Assembly (NCBI GenBank): GCA_028534125.1
Contig: CM052832.1
Span: 6,264,001 to 6,328,000, forward strand
Length of the DNA: 64,000 bases
Source: Lama glama
Taxonomy: Eukaryota
Reading direction: 5' to 3'
The translations under genes and the position numbers were made by a program. Positions 11,627 to 24,450 of the stretch are shown here, one piece after another (positions within the stretch are counted from its first letter, which is position 1; each line of letters opens with the position of its first letter). The notes below the pieces were generated by a model. The model saw only the letters and a list, made by a program, of their open reading frames with translations, searched no databases and was not told the DNA's origin.

Positions 11627-12853
11627 GTGAGTTACAACCAGCCAAAGGTTATAAAGGGTAGGAATAAAGACTATGAACACATCATGTGAGGAAAATTCAA
11701 TGACAGCTTTTAAAAAGTTCACATGAGAAGTGTGTGCGTGTTGGCCAGCCGTGTGTCCCGAGTTCGTCCGGATGGCACGGAGGGCTGACAGAACAGGGCT
11801 GGGGATTGGACACTTGTGGAGACCAGCAAGGCTCCCTTTCAGCTTTGTGACAAGTCACCGCCATTTCCTCAGCTAGATGTGATATGACTTGGTGACACTG
11901 AGCGTGGAGGGCATGGGGTGAAGGAAGTGGTTAGACTCACACCAGTTGTGTCCTTACTGGAGAATCTCGCCTCTGGGCCAGCTGCTGGGTGCTGGGCCCG
12001 GGGCCAGGTGCCTGTGCCCCGAATTTGGACATATCCTCCTCCCTAAAGTGTCCCTGAGGAAGGAGGAGCCACCGGAGCCACCACCTGCCGTGGGTGAGGG
12101 GCCACGCTCCCCTCTGCTTACGACATGTATTGTTCCTATGCTTATATGTTGGCTGTTGCTAAAGTCAGTGATATTCAGCTCCCGGAAAAACGTGAAGATA
12201 TTTAAGCATCACACATAGTCGCTGTTCTCGTGGAGGAGAGGGTTGCATCCTGGGGCTTCAGGAGAAGCTCTTCCATCACACGTTAAACTAAACTGCAGTC
12301 ACACTCCAAAGGGCATGAGTCCCACTTCACATTAAATCGTGTTGATAGCCTCTCTAAGGGTGAGAATGGGCAACTCACTTTAGATTCCAATCAAAATTAT
12401 TTGAATTTCAGATGAAGTTCCAGTGTCTGAACTTTAAAGACACTTCCTTCCCCAGATGTTTGGGATCCTCATCCCGAAGACTTGGGTCCTGTTATCACTG
12501 CCACCAGCCAGCCTGAGGGCTTTTTTTAAAAAATACATCTCTTTATCTTTTTGGATGTTTGTTCCTCATCAGTAAAATGAAAAGCTAAGAGATCAGTAAG
12601 GTTCCTCTCAGCTGTAACATTCGGTGACCTCAAATATTTTATCTCATTTCTCAGCAACATCTGAAAAATACAGTGCTACTCTTCTGAAATGAGAGCTGTC
12701 TGACAGGTGTAAGTGTCTGTGGCATTAAGAAAATGCTGTGTCTGGCAGCCAACCACACATTGTATGCCCAGAGTTGTAGAGAATCACATTCATCATGGTC
12801 TCATGCTTGACTCCAACACAGCAGCAATGATTCTCATTTTTTTCCTCTCTTAG

Positions 12854-12927
12854 GCAATTATGCCCTTTCTCATCCTGGAGAGTCTTCCAGCGACGTCATG
12901 CTAACGCAGTTTTCATCAGTTGAATAA
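12854..12927 (+). CDS. ADGRF1: ADGRF1 last coding exon to stop codon
   Basis: Acceptor cctctcttag ends at 12853. Phase 1 completes Gly, then NYALSHPGESSSDVMLTQFSSVE and TAA at 12925-12927. Resembles recalled human GHYAFSHTGDSSDNIMLTQFVSNE*. Confidence 0.94.
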
Positions 12928-13157
12928 AGCTGGGAACTGTAAAATCCAGGAAAATTTTTTGGAGCAAATCAACATAGCTAAACATCAGTGAAGAAATTAT
13001 GTTCAATATTCGATGAAGTTTTCTGACTCAAGAGTCCGGGAATAAAGTAAGGAGATTTCAATGGCTTCATGACCACCATCTTTAACGTCAATGAAATGGA
13101 GAGATGTATTTACATGTGGTTTGATTCAAAGGAATCACTTCATAAATGTAGAATAAA
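12923..13157 (+). terminator. Candidate polyadenylation signals of ADGRF1 (three AATAAA)
   Basis: AATAAA at 12923-12928 (overlapping the stop), 13041-13046 and 13152-13157. Sequence alone cannot show which is used. Confidence 0.5.
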
Positions 13158-14580
13158 TTTGGTTGGAAATTACATCAGTTGTACTGGCCTCTCACTGCCA
13201 CAAACTATGATTTTCCTTTTTTCATAAAATAGCATTATGCACGTGGCAATTCCAGTCATCTGAACTGGAGTAAGGAAATGTTGTGAAATCTCTTTAGATA
13301 CATTGATGGACCACGTTCGCTTTCTTATTAAAAAAAAAGTCATCGGTGAAAATTTTCTAGAGGAAAGGTGTTTCCCTCTTCCAGATTTTCCAGTTGGATT
13401 TTCTGCTTATTTTTACTTTTTAGGTTCAGTCACTTAAATTTGAAAGATAATCAGAAACACAATGGGAAGTGTCCATTTCAGGTAGCTTTGTAGTCCTCAC
13501 TTAGGAAGTGTAACAATGTGATTTCATGTGTAACGCAGTATTTTTCAGTTTGCAAATCACTTTCACGTGGCCCCCCATCCAGTGACGTGAGGTGTCCAGG
13601 CAGACCTAGCACAGAGGTGAGGACACGGAGGCTTGGACAGCTGAAGTGACTTCCCAAAGACTGTGAAGCCCGTGAAGGAGTACTGGGGGCTTTTAGGATG
13701 TAACAGCCTTGAAAATTACCTGCGATCCGAAGCAAGCTTTATGAGATCAGATGCTAGATTCGTGACTCCCAGAATTCTCTCTAGGTAAGAGGCAAATTGA
13801 GGGACAGTTTGGTTGTCAGCTTCCAGAAAGACCTTAAAACACCCTGGTTTTCTTTCATAATACACTGTCGGCACTTTCTGGAAATTATTTGTGGGTATAA
13901 CTGGTGACGCTTTTGAATGAGCTACAGAGCATTAGACAAATAAGAGAGGAGGAGACATTTCCCTTCCACACTGCCATCACCTGCGCTCACCTGAGTTTCA
14001 GCTCTGACCACAGTGCCCAGAAGAACCAAGCCCTTTGATTCATCCTTGTTTCCAGAGTCTCCTGGAAATCTGCACTGGTATTTTGTAAAGTAAAGCATCG
14101 ATTTCTCCCAATAATAATTGTGGTGATGATGATGATGATAAGTCAAAAACAAGAAGCAATCTGTACAGAGTGCTCACTCACGAAGTGTCGGGCACTGTTC
14201 TAAATGCTTCGCATCTATTAACTCATGTAATTTCCACAGTAAGCTTGTGCAGGGGGCCTGTTATTAACCCGTTTTACAGCTGCTGAAACGAAGGCTCAGG
14301 GAGGTTAGAGAATGTGAGTAGGGCCACGGGGAGGTCTCACGGCTGTGTCAGGACAGTAGTCATGGAAGTCGAATTACAGTAAGGAGAGGGTTACGTTAAG
14401 TCAGACTAGCAGGATGGGCATTGTTTATTTCAGTGTAATTAGAATCCTGGACCCCTTGGTCTGTAAGGGCGCTCAGGCGTCATCTAGTCGCTATTTCACA
14501 CGCATCCCTGTTGTCCTACGTCTCAGCAGCCTGTGATTACAGGAGGAGGTCACGCCCACACTTAATGCCGTCTGCAGGAG

Positions 14581-14700
14581 TGTATTAGTCAGCTCAGACT
14601 GCCGTGATGGAACACCGCAGACCGTGGTTAGACAACAGAAATTTATTTGCTTACATTTCTGGAGGCTGGGGAGTCCAAGTGGAAGGTGCCGTCAGCCATG
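14581..14700 (-). mobile_element. MLT1 (ERVL-MaLR) LTR fragment
   Basis: tgtattagtcagctcagactgcc...acaacagaaatttatttgcttacatttctggaggctggggagtccaag is typical of MLT1 in reverse orientation. Confidence 0.8.
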
Positions 14701-14719
14701 GGGCAGGTCCAGACTGGAC

Positions 14720-15230
14720 CCGCAGGGGCAGTTACCAACAAGGTGAAAATGATAGGATACTGGATATACTTGAATGTTTTTAATTTAGAAAAAGACTTAC
14801 ATACTTTGAGGTGGCTTGGGGATGAATTTTTGATAAGAACACAGAAATCCAAGCAATTAAAAAAAAGAAAAAGAAAGGCAGAACAATGAAACATACCACC
14901 TGGCTCAGCTGTGAACAGAGCACACCAAGTGTGGATAACGGGAAATGATTTTGATGTAACCAAAATAGTAACAATATAACTACATTGGGAAGGTGGAGAA
15001 TAAGAAGTCCATTTGGGTGGGTAGCAGAAGAGATCTAAGTTTATGTTTTTTCTTTGTGGAAATCAACAAAACTGAGAAACCAAGAAGTAGCATTATAACC
15101 ATGCTATTTAGAAATATAGAAATATCAGAAGAATCAATTAAGTCCTTTGAAAGAGATTGTCTCTGGTGAGCTGGGAATTACAGAGCTGTTTGACTTTTGA
15201 AACCATATCCATATGACTTCGGTTAAATAT
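14720..15230 (+). mobile_element. Old L1 3' UTR fragment (L1MC-like)
   Basis: A-rich decayed sequence with aagtagcattataaccatgctatttagaaatatagaa and ttgtctctggtgagctggga, recalled L1MC 3' end motifs. Confidence 0.55.
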
Positions 15231-15359
15231 AAATTGTGTGTGTGTGTGTGTGTGTGTCATCGGAGACAGCTCAGGACATTCTAAAGTCGGAAGTCACCTT
15301 GATTGATTTACTTGGCCACAAGCTTATGTAGCCTTGGTCAGCTGCTTCATGTCTTGGAG

Positions 15360-15790
15360 ATGCCTATGAGATGTTCAATTTGAGATGTCCAGTAGACCAC
15401 GTGGTATACAAATCTACTGCTCAAGGGAAGATCTGGGCTAGAGGTACACTCTTAGGGTCTTCAGCATAGAGACGGTGCTTAAAGCCATGAGACCAGATGA
15501 GATCACCTAGCAGATACAGGGAAAGAAGTGGGTAGGTCCAAGCACTGAGCAAGGGGGCACCCATCATTTAGAAGTAGGAAGAGGAGGAGGATTCAGGGAA
15601 GAGGAAAGAGAAGGAGCAGCCCGTGAAGTAGGAGGGAAACCAGGAGAACACGGTGTCCCAGAAGCTAAGGAAAGCATTTCAAGAAGGATTTCCAGGACAA
15701 CACCTGGGTTAACTACTGAGCGTCAAGAAAGACAAAGACCCCGACCTGCCCGTTCCAGTTCGAATGTGCAGATCACTGACGTATGAATAG
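15360..15790 (-). mobile_element. L2 fragment
   Basis: atgttcaatttgagatgtcc...gatctgggctagagg...cagcatagagacggtgcttaaagccatgagaccagatgagatcacc...aaaccaggagaacacggtgtcccagaagc. Confidence 0.8.
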
Positions 15791-18143
15791 AGGAGGCTCC
15801 CAGAAGAAGAAAGCCCCCTAGTGGGAAATTTCACATTGAATACACAGGCTAGAGTCATGTTTAGACTTTGCCTGGCCTTGCGGTGGATAAGCCCTTCCAG
15901 ACCTGTAACCAGCTGTTTTAGAAAGACTAATCTTCTCCCTGTTTTACTGATGCTTCCAGCACAAATGAAGGGCTGAGGGCGCGGTCATTTTGTAGCACCT
16001 AGAATGTTTCCCAGCCTGATGCAGATTTTTGGTAAAAAGCCCCGAATCTATTTCTTTCTAAATGATTCTTACGTGGAAAGATGATTTGCCTTTTAAGAAG
16101 GCCGCAGAGCTGTGCTGTACTTACCTTGATCGACCATCAGGGGGCGGGCTCTGACCAAGAAATAAACCCTGGACAAATTGCTGGAAGCTTAGGTACACCT
16201 GAGAGCCACCCTGGAGTCTGGGGAGACGAAGGGCGTTTTAAACCAACTACTCGAATTAGGAACAATTTACTGTGTTGCTGCTGTGCTTTTGTCTCGAAAA
16301 AGAGATTAGGGAGCTAAGAACATAATAGCTCTGTTTGGGGATGGCAAACAATACCTCTGTTTCCTGGGTTTATGCCCAGGGGTGCTAGCAGACTTTTTAA
16401 GCAAAGCAGGAATTAGCCATGGTTGGCCGGGATTTTACCCTGCTGGCAAACCAGTGTTTAATTTAAATTTGGGCCGTCTCAGAGGGATCAACCTTGGGTA
16501 ACTTGGGCACATTCAGAGTTAATTCAAGCACGTCGCGCAAAATAGATGGGGGAAATGCCTAGCTTTGGGGATATATTGCTTACTTTGGGAAGAAAATGGT
16601 TTGGCAAACTTTGTACAGTTTTGTTAGACGTAAGCTTCCCTGAGCGAATTATCCAAACCCTTCACAGATTCTATTTTGTACCCAAGGTCATAGGGGTGGA
16701 GGGAACAGATGAAAAGAAACATAAAATAGTGACTTCATTCAGAGCAGGGCTTTACCAGGTCCCCCAAGATTGATCAGGAAAGATCGGGGCTGCTTGCAGT
16801 TGACTCCTCAGCCTTCCCCTTGCTGCCAGGGCTGGCCTAGAGCACAGGGTGGATTGAAGAAAAGGGTGGGAGAGGAAACAGAGGTGATCAGATCCTTCAG
16901 AATTCCAGTTTCTGTGCTAGATTCAGCACAGGTGACCTGCTTTGATCCTCAGTCAATTGCATAATATATTCCCCCTTCTATAGATAAGGAAGCCGGGAGC
17001 TTGGAGAATTTGCGTAACCTGAACACCAAGGGAGGGGAGTCTGGTGCAGAGAGCTCTACTCTGCCTCACTTCCCTGGTTCCGAAAGCCTCTCGCCCTCAC
17101 TCCAGGCAAGCAGCAAGTGTTCCTGATATTTTATGACCAGAGATGAATTGCTTTGGGATAAATAATGGACCACGAGGCTGTTTTTAAAAGGATGCTATGC
17201 CTAATGCTGTATCATGAAATGTTTTTTCCAGACACTTGACTCCAGATGCTCCTGATAGCTTGGGCAAGGTCAGGGAAAGGTCAGAACCTGAGGAAAGAAC
17301 GAAAAGGTTCAGGGATGGGGAAGCGTTCACTGATGAGCACAAACTCTTCTGCACTTGGTGTCCACTTCCCCTGGCTGGATCTTAAACAGAGATGCCCAGG
17401 TGCACTTCCTTGATGGGCTCCCGTGGGGCTAGACGGTGGTCTCTGGGACGGGGTTTGCCTCAGTCATCTCTCTGCGTGTCAATTTCCCATCAGTAGAACC
17501 ACGGACCTGCATTCGTTAGATAAGCTCAGAGATCCCTTCCAGTCCTGACTTTCTCTGATTCTGGGTCTCTTCATAGGTAACACCCTGGGAGAAGAGAAAT
17601 TTATCACTGAAGTGTACCAAGCGGGTTTGGCGAGACCTTATCTAGCTGGGTAGGACTCACAGATAAAGCAATGCCAATAGCTACATTTCCCCCAATCAGA
17701 TGGGCGGCAACACCCCTCTGGAATTCTGACCTGACACTTGAAACCGGAGCGGAGGAGCGCCCCAGTGTGATGTGTTGCCAAGGGATACATTGCTTTTGTG
17801 GATAAGGTTTCCTGGTTCTCAGATCTCAGCCATGTCCCCCAACAGGGCATGGTGAGGCAGCTGTGAATTCCAGGACACTGCCAAGGACAACTCTTTGTGG
17901 CCTGGAAGCCTTGCCTGGGGCTGGTGATAATGAGACTTTGTTTTCCGGAAGTAGGCTGGGTGGGGGAGCCAGCCCCACCTGTCCCCGGTGTCACCTGACT
18001 GTGGGAATGTTCATCAGCTTAAAAAGGAATATATCAGAAGTCGCAGTCATGGAATCACTTCCAGAACTTATGTTGACAACTGTTTACGTATTTAAGTCTG
18101 CAGCAACACGCATCTCTCCCGCCCTGCTTTCTTTTAGACCAGA

Positions 18144-18330
18144 GTAGTGATTCTCAAAGCGTGTCCCCAACCAGCAGCATCGGGGTGACCTGGGACTTGT
18201 TAGAAATACTAATTCTTCTGTCCCACCCCAGGCCTCCTAAATCAGAGACACTGGAGTGGGGCCCCGGGACCTCTGTTTTAACAAGGCCACCCAGGAGGGA
18301 CTCTGATGCAGACTCAAATTTGGGAAATAT
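18144..18330. mobile_element. MER5A hAT-Charlie MITE
   Basis: agtgattctcaaagcgtgtccccaaccagcagcatc...cctgggacttgttagaaat...aatcagagacactggagtgggg...ctgttttaacaagg. Confidence 0.88.
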
Positions 18331-18663
18331 TTACTTCGAGAACTTGGGGAAGGAATGTTCTAGCCCGAAGGCAGCAGACTAGGCGGTGAATAAACCTTGC
18401 CCTGTGCAGGAGGGTAGGGCGGGGAGTGTTTCCCTTTCTATTGCCAACAGTCCCGTGAGCCTCAGGAATCAGCAAAGTCTTGGTACTTGTGTGAGCAGAG
18501 GAGTGTTCAAGTTGGATGGCGTCTTCTGGACGATGTAACCTGTTAAGAAGGCAAGGGGGTGGAGCTCTGGCTCCAACACTTCCTGTCCGGATTAACTTGG
18601 TTCTAGCACCAAAGCCTCGCGACTTCATCTGTAGGAAAGGGTGATAACTCCCTGCAAAGTTAC

Positions 18664-19300
18664 TGTTGGCGAGACAGGATGGAAGGCGGCAGGGCGCAGC
18701 CACTCAAGGAAGGACAGTAATTAACACCAAAATGGTGGAAGATTCAACCCCTAGCTGTTCTTGAGGACTGAGACTGTGGGAGGTTTGACTTCTAGTAGAC
18801 CTTGAGCTTCATTATATGCCCATTGTAACGTATTAGCATGATAACTAACACGCCCACAGGCGGCATGACAGTGCCAAGGCTAACCAGAGAAGGTCAGAGA
18901 GTGAGCGGTGGCCGAATTCCGGGGAATCCCAGCCCCTTTCTGAGGGTAGCTGGGAAAGTCCTCCCACTTGTAGGAGTGGAGCTACTGAGCCCATGAACCC
19001 AGGCAACACCATGCCCCGTGGCCGCCTCGCTCGCTCCCTCCTCTTCAGAGATGGCCCGCACTCTGTCTATGGAGTGTGTACCTACTTTTACTTTAACCTG
19101 AGCACCCAACCCCCACACCTCATGGCCTTTCTCTCGCCTTACACTCTATGCAATGTGTATCTTTCTAAATAAATCTCCCTTTACTCAACTGTGGCTCGCT
19201 CTTGAATTCTTTCCTGCGCGAAGCCAAGGATCCACACCTGGCGGGGCAAGTCCCAGGGGCTCCACCGAGACCTGGGAGGCGGCCCTCCTCACGCCCCACA
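18664..19300 (+). mobile_element. Solo ERV1 LTR (MER41-related)
   Basis: Relatively CpG-rich ~640 bp with AATAAA near 19168, followed by ctcgctcttgaattctttcctgcgcgaagccaagga (recalled MER41-type R/U5 motif), ending in CA at 19300. No clear target-site duplication. Confidence 0.75.
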
Positions 19301-20855
19301 CTTGTTTTTCCTGAATCGTTGGGGCTTTGCAAGCTAAGCCTGAAGATTCTCAGCGTGCTGTCTGGTATTTGGTAAGCCTCCAACAAATACTGGTTGTTGC
19401 GAGTATTAATAGTGCTGATGTTAATAACACAGCATGAATTCTACACCATGTTGTCACTGCCTCAAAGCAGTGCTCTTAAAGGAAAGATACAAGCTTCAGG
19501 GACCAGAGACAAGGGTTCAAATCTCAGTCCTGCTACTGACCACCTTGGACAGACTGTCCTACCCCTCTTGATTTTAAAAAGTGGGAAAGATGACAATTAC
19601 GCATTGTAAGTAAGTAAGTAATAAGTCAGTAAAGCTGCTTGCTTGATGCCTGAAGACGATAAATGTTTGCTACATTTTCTTTCTTCCTCCTCTTTTTTCA
19701 GTGGGAAAATAAACCCCATTTTCAAGGCTCTGAAGGTCGGTGTCCCAGGGATTTAATCAAGCAGAGCATGGATTACATTGGAGCATTCTACCAGGTGGCT
19801 TAGAAAGCCAAGGCGAAGGACTAGGGGCCGCTGTGAAGGGGGCAGGATGGGTAGGTATATTTCTTTTTCTCGTTCATTATCCTACAGAAAAGTTTAATGA
19901 CCCTTCACAAGTCGAAAGAAAAACAGCCCAGGTGAATGAAGGCTTTTGAAAGGAAGACTCCTAAAGGGAAACAAACCGAAAGAAATTTCGGATCCTCGTT
20001 TCTTGTTAAGATAAAACAGGCTTGAAGTATATCAAAGGCATTGCTGCAGCTTCTGCTGAGGACCTTTCCAAATATACAGGACTCTCAGATGCCTTAATTA
20101 CAATCCCTTCCTGGCCCATCTCTCTCTCTGACTTCTGTATTTTTACCTTCAGGAATACCGGCCTCCAGCCAAGGATGTCTTTTTCTGGCCTCTCTTCCTT
20201 TCTGCCTCCCTGGCACCAGTGTGGATATACTTTCCTCATCCTGGGGTTGCAGGTGCTGGGGCGGGGGTGGGGGGATGTGGGACAGTCCTAGACATTAGTC
20301 TGAGGGTTTACATGAACCAGAGTGAACCTTCCAAGCACAAAGTGTAAGATGTATAGGAGGTGTGATGAGGAGGTAGTGAGGTCATTTGCTTCCCAAAAGG
20401 AAATTTTAACTTTTACTTATTAATTCATTTGAGGAAGCTGAGTCCGATGACCAGAAGTATGAACTCTGGACTCCACGTTTGCAGGATGGCTCTCACACTC
20501 AGCCTGTGTCCTCCGGGGGCGGGGAGGGGTGCAATGTAGTCCCTCCAAGGCTTCCATTTGCTCAGTGGTAAAATCCAGGCAGTGATGGTACCGCCCTACA
20601 GGTTTGTTATGGGATTTAAATGAAGCAAAAGTCCTGGAATATAGTATGTGCTCAATTTGTTAGCTACAATTACTTTTAGCATTAATTTTTTATAAATATA
20701 AAAAAAATATAAAGAAGAATGTAAAAATTCCTCTCCTTATTTTACGTTTGCCTCTCCAGTACCTCTCCAGCCTCCCTCCTCAAGAAGTAATTGTTATTTT
20801 TGTTTGTTTTTATTTGGGTTTTTAAAAAGTACTTATTTTTTATTTAACTGCATTT

Positions 20856-20978
20856 TAATTTTTTGTTGGAGGGGTATTACATTTATTTATTTACTTTTTT
20901 TTAATGGAGGTACTGGGGTTTGAACTCAGGACCTCATGTGTGCTAAGCATGTGCTCTACCACTGAGCTATACCCTCCT
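20856..20978 (-). mobile_element. Camelid tRNA-derived SINE (Vic-1-like)
   Basis: Minus strand reads ggagggtatagctcagtggtagagcacatgcttagcacacatgaggtcctgagttcaaaccccagtacctccattaaaaaaaa...taaataaataaat, with A box, B box and A-rich tail. Confidence 0.88.
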
Positions 20979-23900
20979 TCCTGGTTTTTGGAATGTATCT
21001 TACGAGACTTTATCCTTCCACGCAAATGGGATCCACTTTCTACATGTATGTATTCTCCTTTGTAAGCTTCTGTCTAGTGTTTATTTCAAAAATTCACAGA
21101 AGAAATTTGGAAAATTTCTAAGAGACAGAACCAGGTATAAAATACAGAGGCAAAAGATCTCAAAACTTCAGAGTTTTGGAGTTATATCTAATTTTCAAAA
21201 TAAAAACTACCTTGACTACTTATGCCCACAAAACGTGGGTCTGGATGAATTTTGTTTTCTCAGAAAATTCACACCCCTCTCAAAGCTGCTGATAACGGTC
21301 AACACAGCAGATAGTTAGAGGATTCTGATGCTGCCGGGAAGGTAACTCCAAGGGAAGTGTTAACTCTGCACACACACCCCCTTCCTCCCCCATCTCCCTG
21401 CCAGCCCTGCAGTGCTGTAAAGTCCCAAATCACGGTACTAACTCGGACACCCCCTCCAGCACAGCCGATAAATCCATGGTTGTGTGCAAAAACACATAGT
21501 AGACACAGAAATGGGCAACGAGCAACTTTGTTCAAGATCTGACCTTATCTGCACCTTGGCAGGGACCGGCTGCTTCTATTGCCAAGAGGTGAGCCTTCAC
21601 TACTGAAGTCCAGCTCTTCCTTTAAACAACAGTACATTGTAGCATATGGTGCCTACATGTGCTCACTTCTCTTACAACATTCCCAGGAGGAGGAGTGAGA
21701 GCAAGCAGTCCAGGAGTTAGGGTCTGTATGTCTCACTTTAAGACACTGCTGTGGCTCCTGGTTGAACATTTGCCCAGATCCAGGTACATCTTTCTTGCAC
21801 CATCATCACTGAGTGATGCTCATGTTTGTCATCTCCACCTTGTCCAGAAAGAGTCCACTCCAACCACATCTTATTAACAATCAACGCCTTTTAGACTCCA
21901 CAAGCCTTCTATTACACACCTTCTGTGTTCTAGGTACGTGTCTCAATACCAGGTTCTTTACATAGGAAATGTCACTTAATTATAAAATTACCCTCTTGGT
22001 TCTACAGATGAGGAAACAGAGACCAAATTCACCTAGAAAGTGACAAAAGTGAGATTAAATCCAGAGACTCTCTTACCCCAAAGTCCATGTTCTTTCTGCT
22101 GCAAAAGCTATTCAGGACCCTAGAATCACTGAAAGGCTGGTGAGGCAGGGATCGCCTAGAGGCTCCCTGTATTTATCCCATTCGTCTACTTTGGTTAACG
22201 GCTTCCTAACAACCTTTTATAATTTAGTCCCAGCAAGAAATGTCATCACTCAGCCGCTAAAATACTGGCCATGAGTTCATGGTTGACAGTTCCACCACTG
22301 GGTGTACCTGCATCCTTCACAGGCTGTGCGGCCATTTCAGGCATCAAACCTCCAATTCTTGCTTCTCCAGCCTTACCCCCTCACAATCGATGGATGGACA
22401 AGAAGGTCAAGAAGTTTGAATAACCTCTTAGGAGCGTGAGGACACACTCAGGAAGCCAGGCTTTCGGGCTGAATTTCTTTGAGTGGTAAGATAACTATTG
22501 TTCTTTCTCCCACAGTGGAGAAGTCAAAAGCCAGCACTTGAGAAGCGCCTAGGAAATCCTCCGTTTTCATTCTCAGCTCATCTCCAGGGGAGATGGGGAC
22601 AGAGGAGAGCTGTCCAACAACAAACAAATATGTAAAAAAAAAACCCAAAAAATCCTTTACTGGATGTTGGAAAGCATGAGGGGAAGGAAAAAAATAAAAA
22701 CAAGGAGAAAAAGAAACCACTTCTATTCTTACTGCTACTGAGAGCATGTTGTGGAGAAATTACAAAGGGTTGTACATTCCTGGAAGGAAAACAAAGTTGC
22801 AGATGCTGGGGATTACTGTACAGAGGACAACGCCCTTCCCCTCGTCCCGAAGGGCTTATGAGATGACACAAGGCAAAAGAGATTTGTACTGGGAGAATCT
22901 CTTGAATTTCTTCTATTTGTCAGGATTAAAAACTCAAGGTGAAAAAAAAAAAAAACTCAAGGTGGAAAGGAGCGGAAAGGACCATTTTTAGGAAAAACTG
23001 AAAATCACAGTTACCCTTAGTTCTAGTAGGATAAGGAATAAAACATGGTTTCCTTTTTATTTTCATCTTATGAAATGACCTCTCAACACACTCCGTATTT
23101 TCTTAGTGGGAGCATTTCTTCTTTCTAAATACATCCTACAAATCTTGGGACAGATCCTTTCTTTGTATTTAGTAGAAACTAAATCAGAAGATTTGACTAG
23201 ATTTGGAGCCATTATGCACGATAAACTACCACACGGTCACAATCCTCAGAATGCACACATGAGATCTGCAAAAGTGATAACTGGCTTGTTTACAAAGGAC
23301 TGAACGCTCGTGTGACCTTTATTAACATTGGTAGTCCTGCAAAAGTTGGAGTGAGCAATCAAACGTCAAGCTTCTAGCCCGGGGCAGGGGGCGGATGTGC
23401 TGAGAAGGACGTTTACCCCCACAGACTTTGAAGGGAAGAGAACATTCCTTGAGTTCTGCCAGCTTTACTTCCAATGGGGAAATGGGCTTGTATATTTACC
23501 AAACACCACTGGAGACCAGCTCATTCTGGAAAACAAACACGGCACTAGCTCTGCAGGTCAGCAGTGGTTCTGCTTGGAAGAGTATGAGCCCCGGTCTTTG
23601 AGTCTTTCCAAGATTCTTTCATCCATTCAACAAAAATCTATGGCAGGCCAGGCGCTATTCAAGGGACTAGGGCTTCAGTGGGGAGCAGGATGAACAGGCA
23701 GGTGAGGTTCCTGCCCATGTGGAATCTGTGTGTCTCTCCCCATCAGACATGTCCACGTGGGTAGAAACCCATCACAAGTCTACAACTTTTCAGCTTGCCT
23801 GGTCAGTCTCTCCTAACCTCTGCTACTTGTCAAGGGGTTACTATTACTATTATTAATTTTTTCTTTCTTTTTTTTTACTGATTTGGAGTCCTGAGGGCCT

Positions 23901-24380
23901 GTCAATAAAGAACCTGGATTCATCTACTTTTACGCTCTAGTTCCAAAGGAAAATCTCACCACTCCCTGTGTTGTTTCACGCACCTAGAAAGCCCACCCAC
24001 TCTCCCTTCCACCTTTGCAAATCTCCTTGGCGCTTCAAGATCCACGTGGTCCCCGACGTCCTGCGTGAAGACATTCCTGCCGGCTCCCACCTCCACTGAC
24101 TCTCCTCTGTTTTGAACCTTGGAGAACTCAGGTAGCCACCGGCATATATTACAAAGGAAACTTGACTGCTCTTTTTTCTACCATTTGCTGTTTCTCATCT
24201 CCATAAACCTTGTTTCACCTGCTAGATTACACAGTCCTAGCCAGCAAGGACTGAGCTTTATCCTTTGATCTTAGCTAGCTCATTGGTGTTAGACTTGAAT
24301 AGCAGTTGCATACATTTGAAATATACCTTTTCATTTGCTCATTAAAAATGCTTTAAATAATTGACTTATGTTCTGAGTCA

Positions 24381-24384
<4 letters not shown>

Positions 24385-24436
<52 letters not shown>

Positions 24437-24450
24437 TATATATATATGTA
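24385..24450. repeat. (TA)n(CA)n(TA)n compound microsatellite
   Basis: Direct reading. Confidence 0.95.

Noticed and set aside
20905..20978. Possible tRNA gene
   Set aside because: It has a SINE-type A-rich tail and a degenerate cloverleaf, so it is a tRNA-derived SINE.
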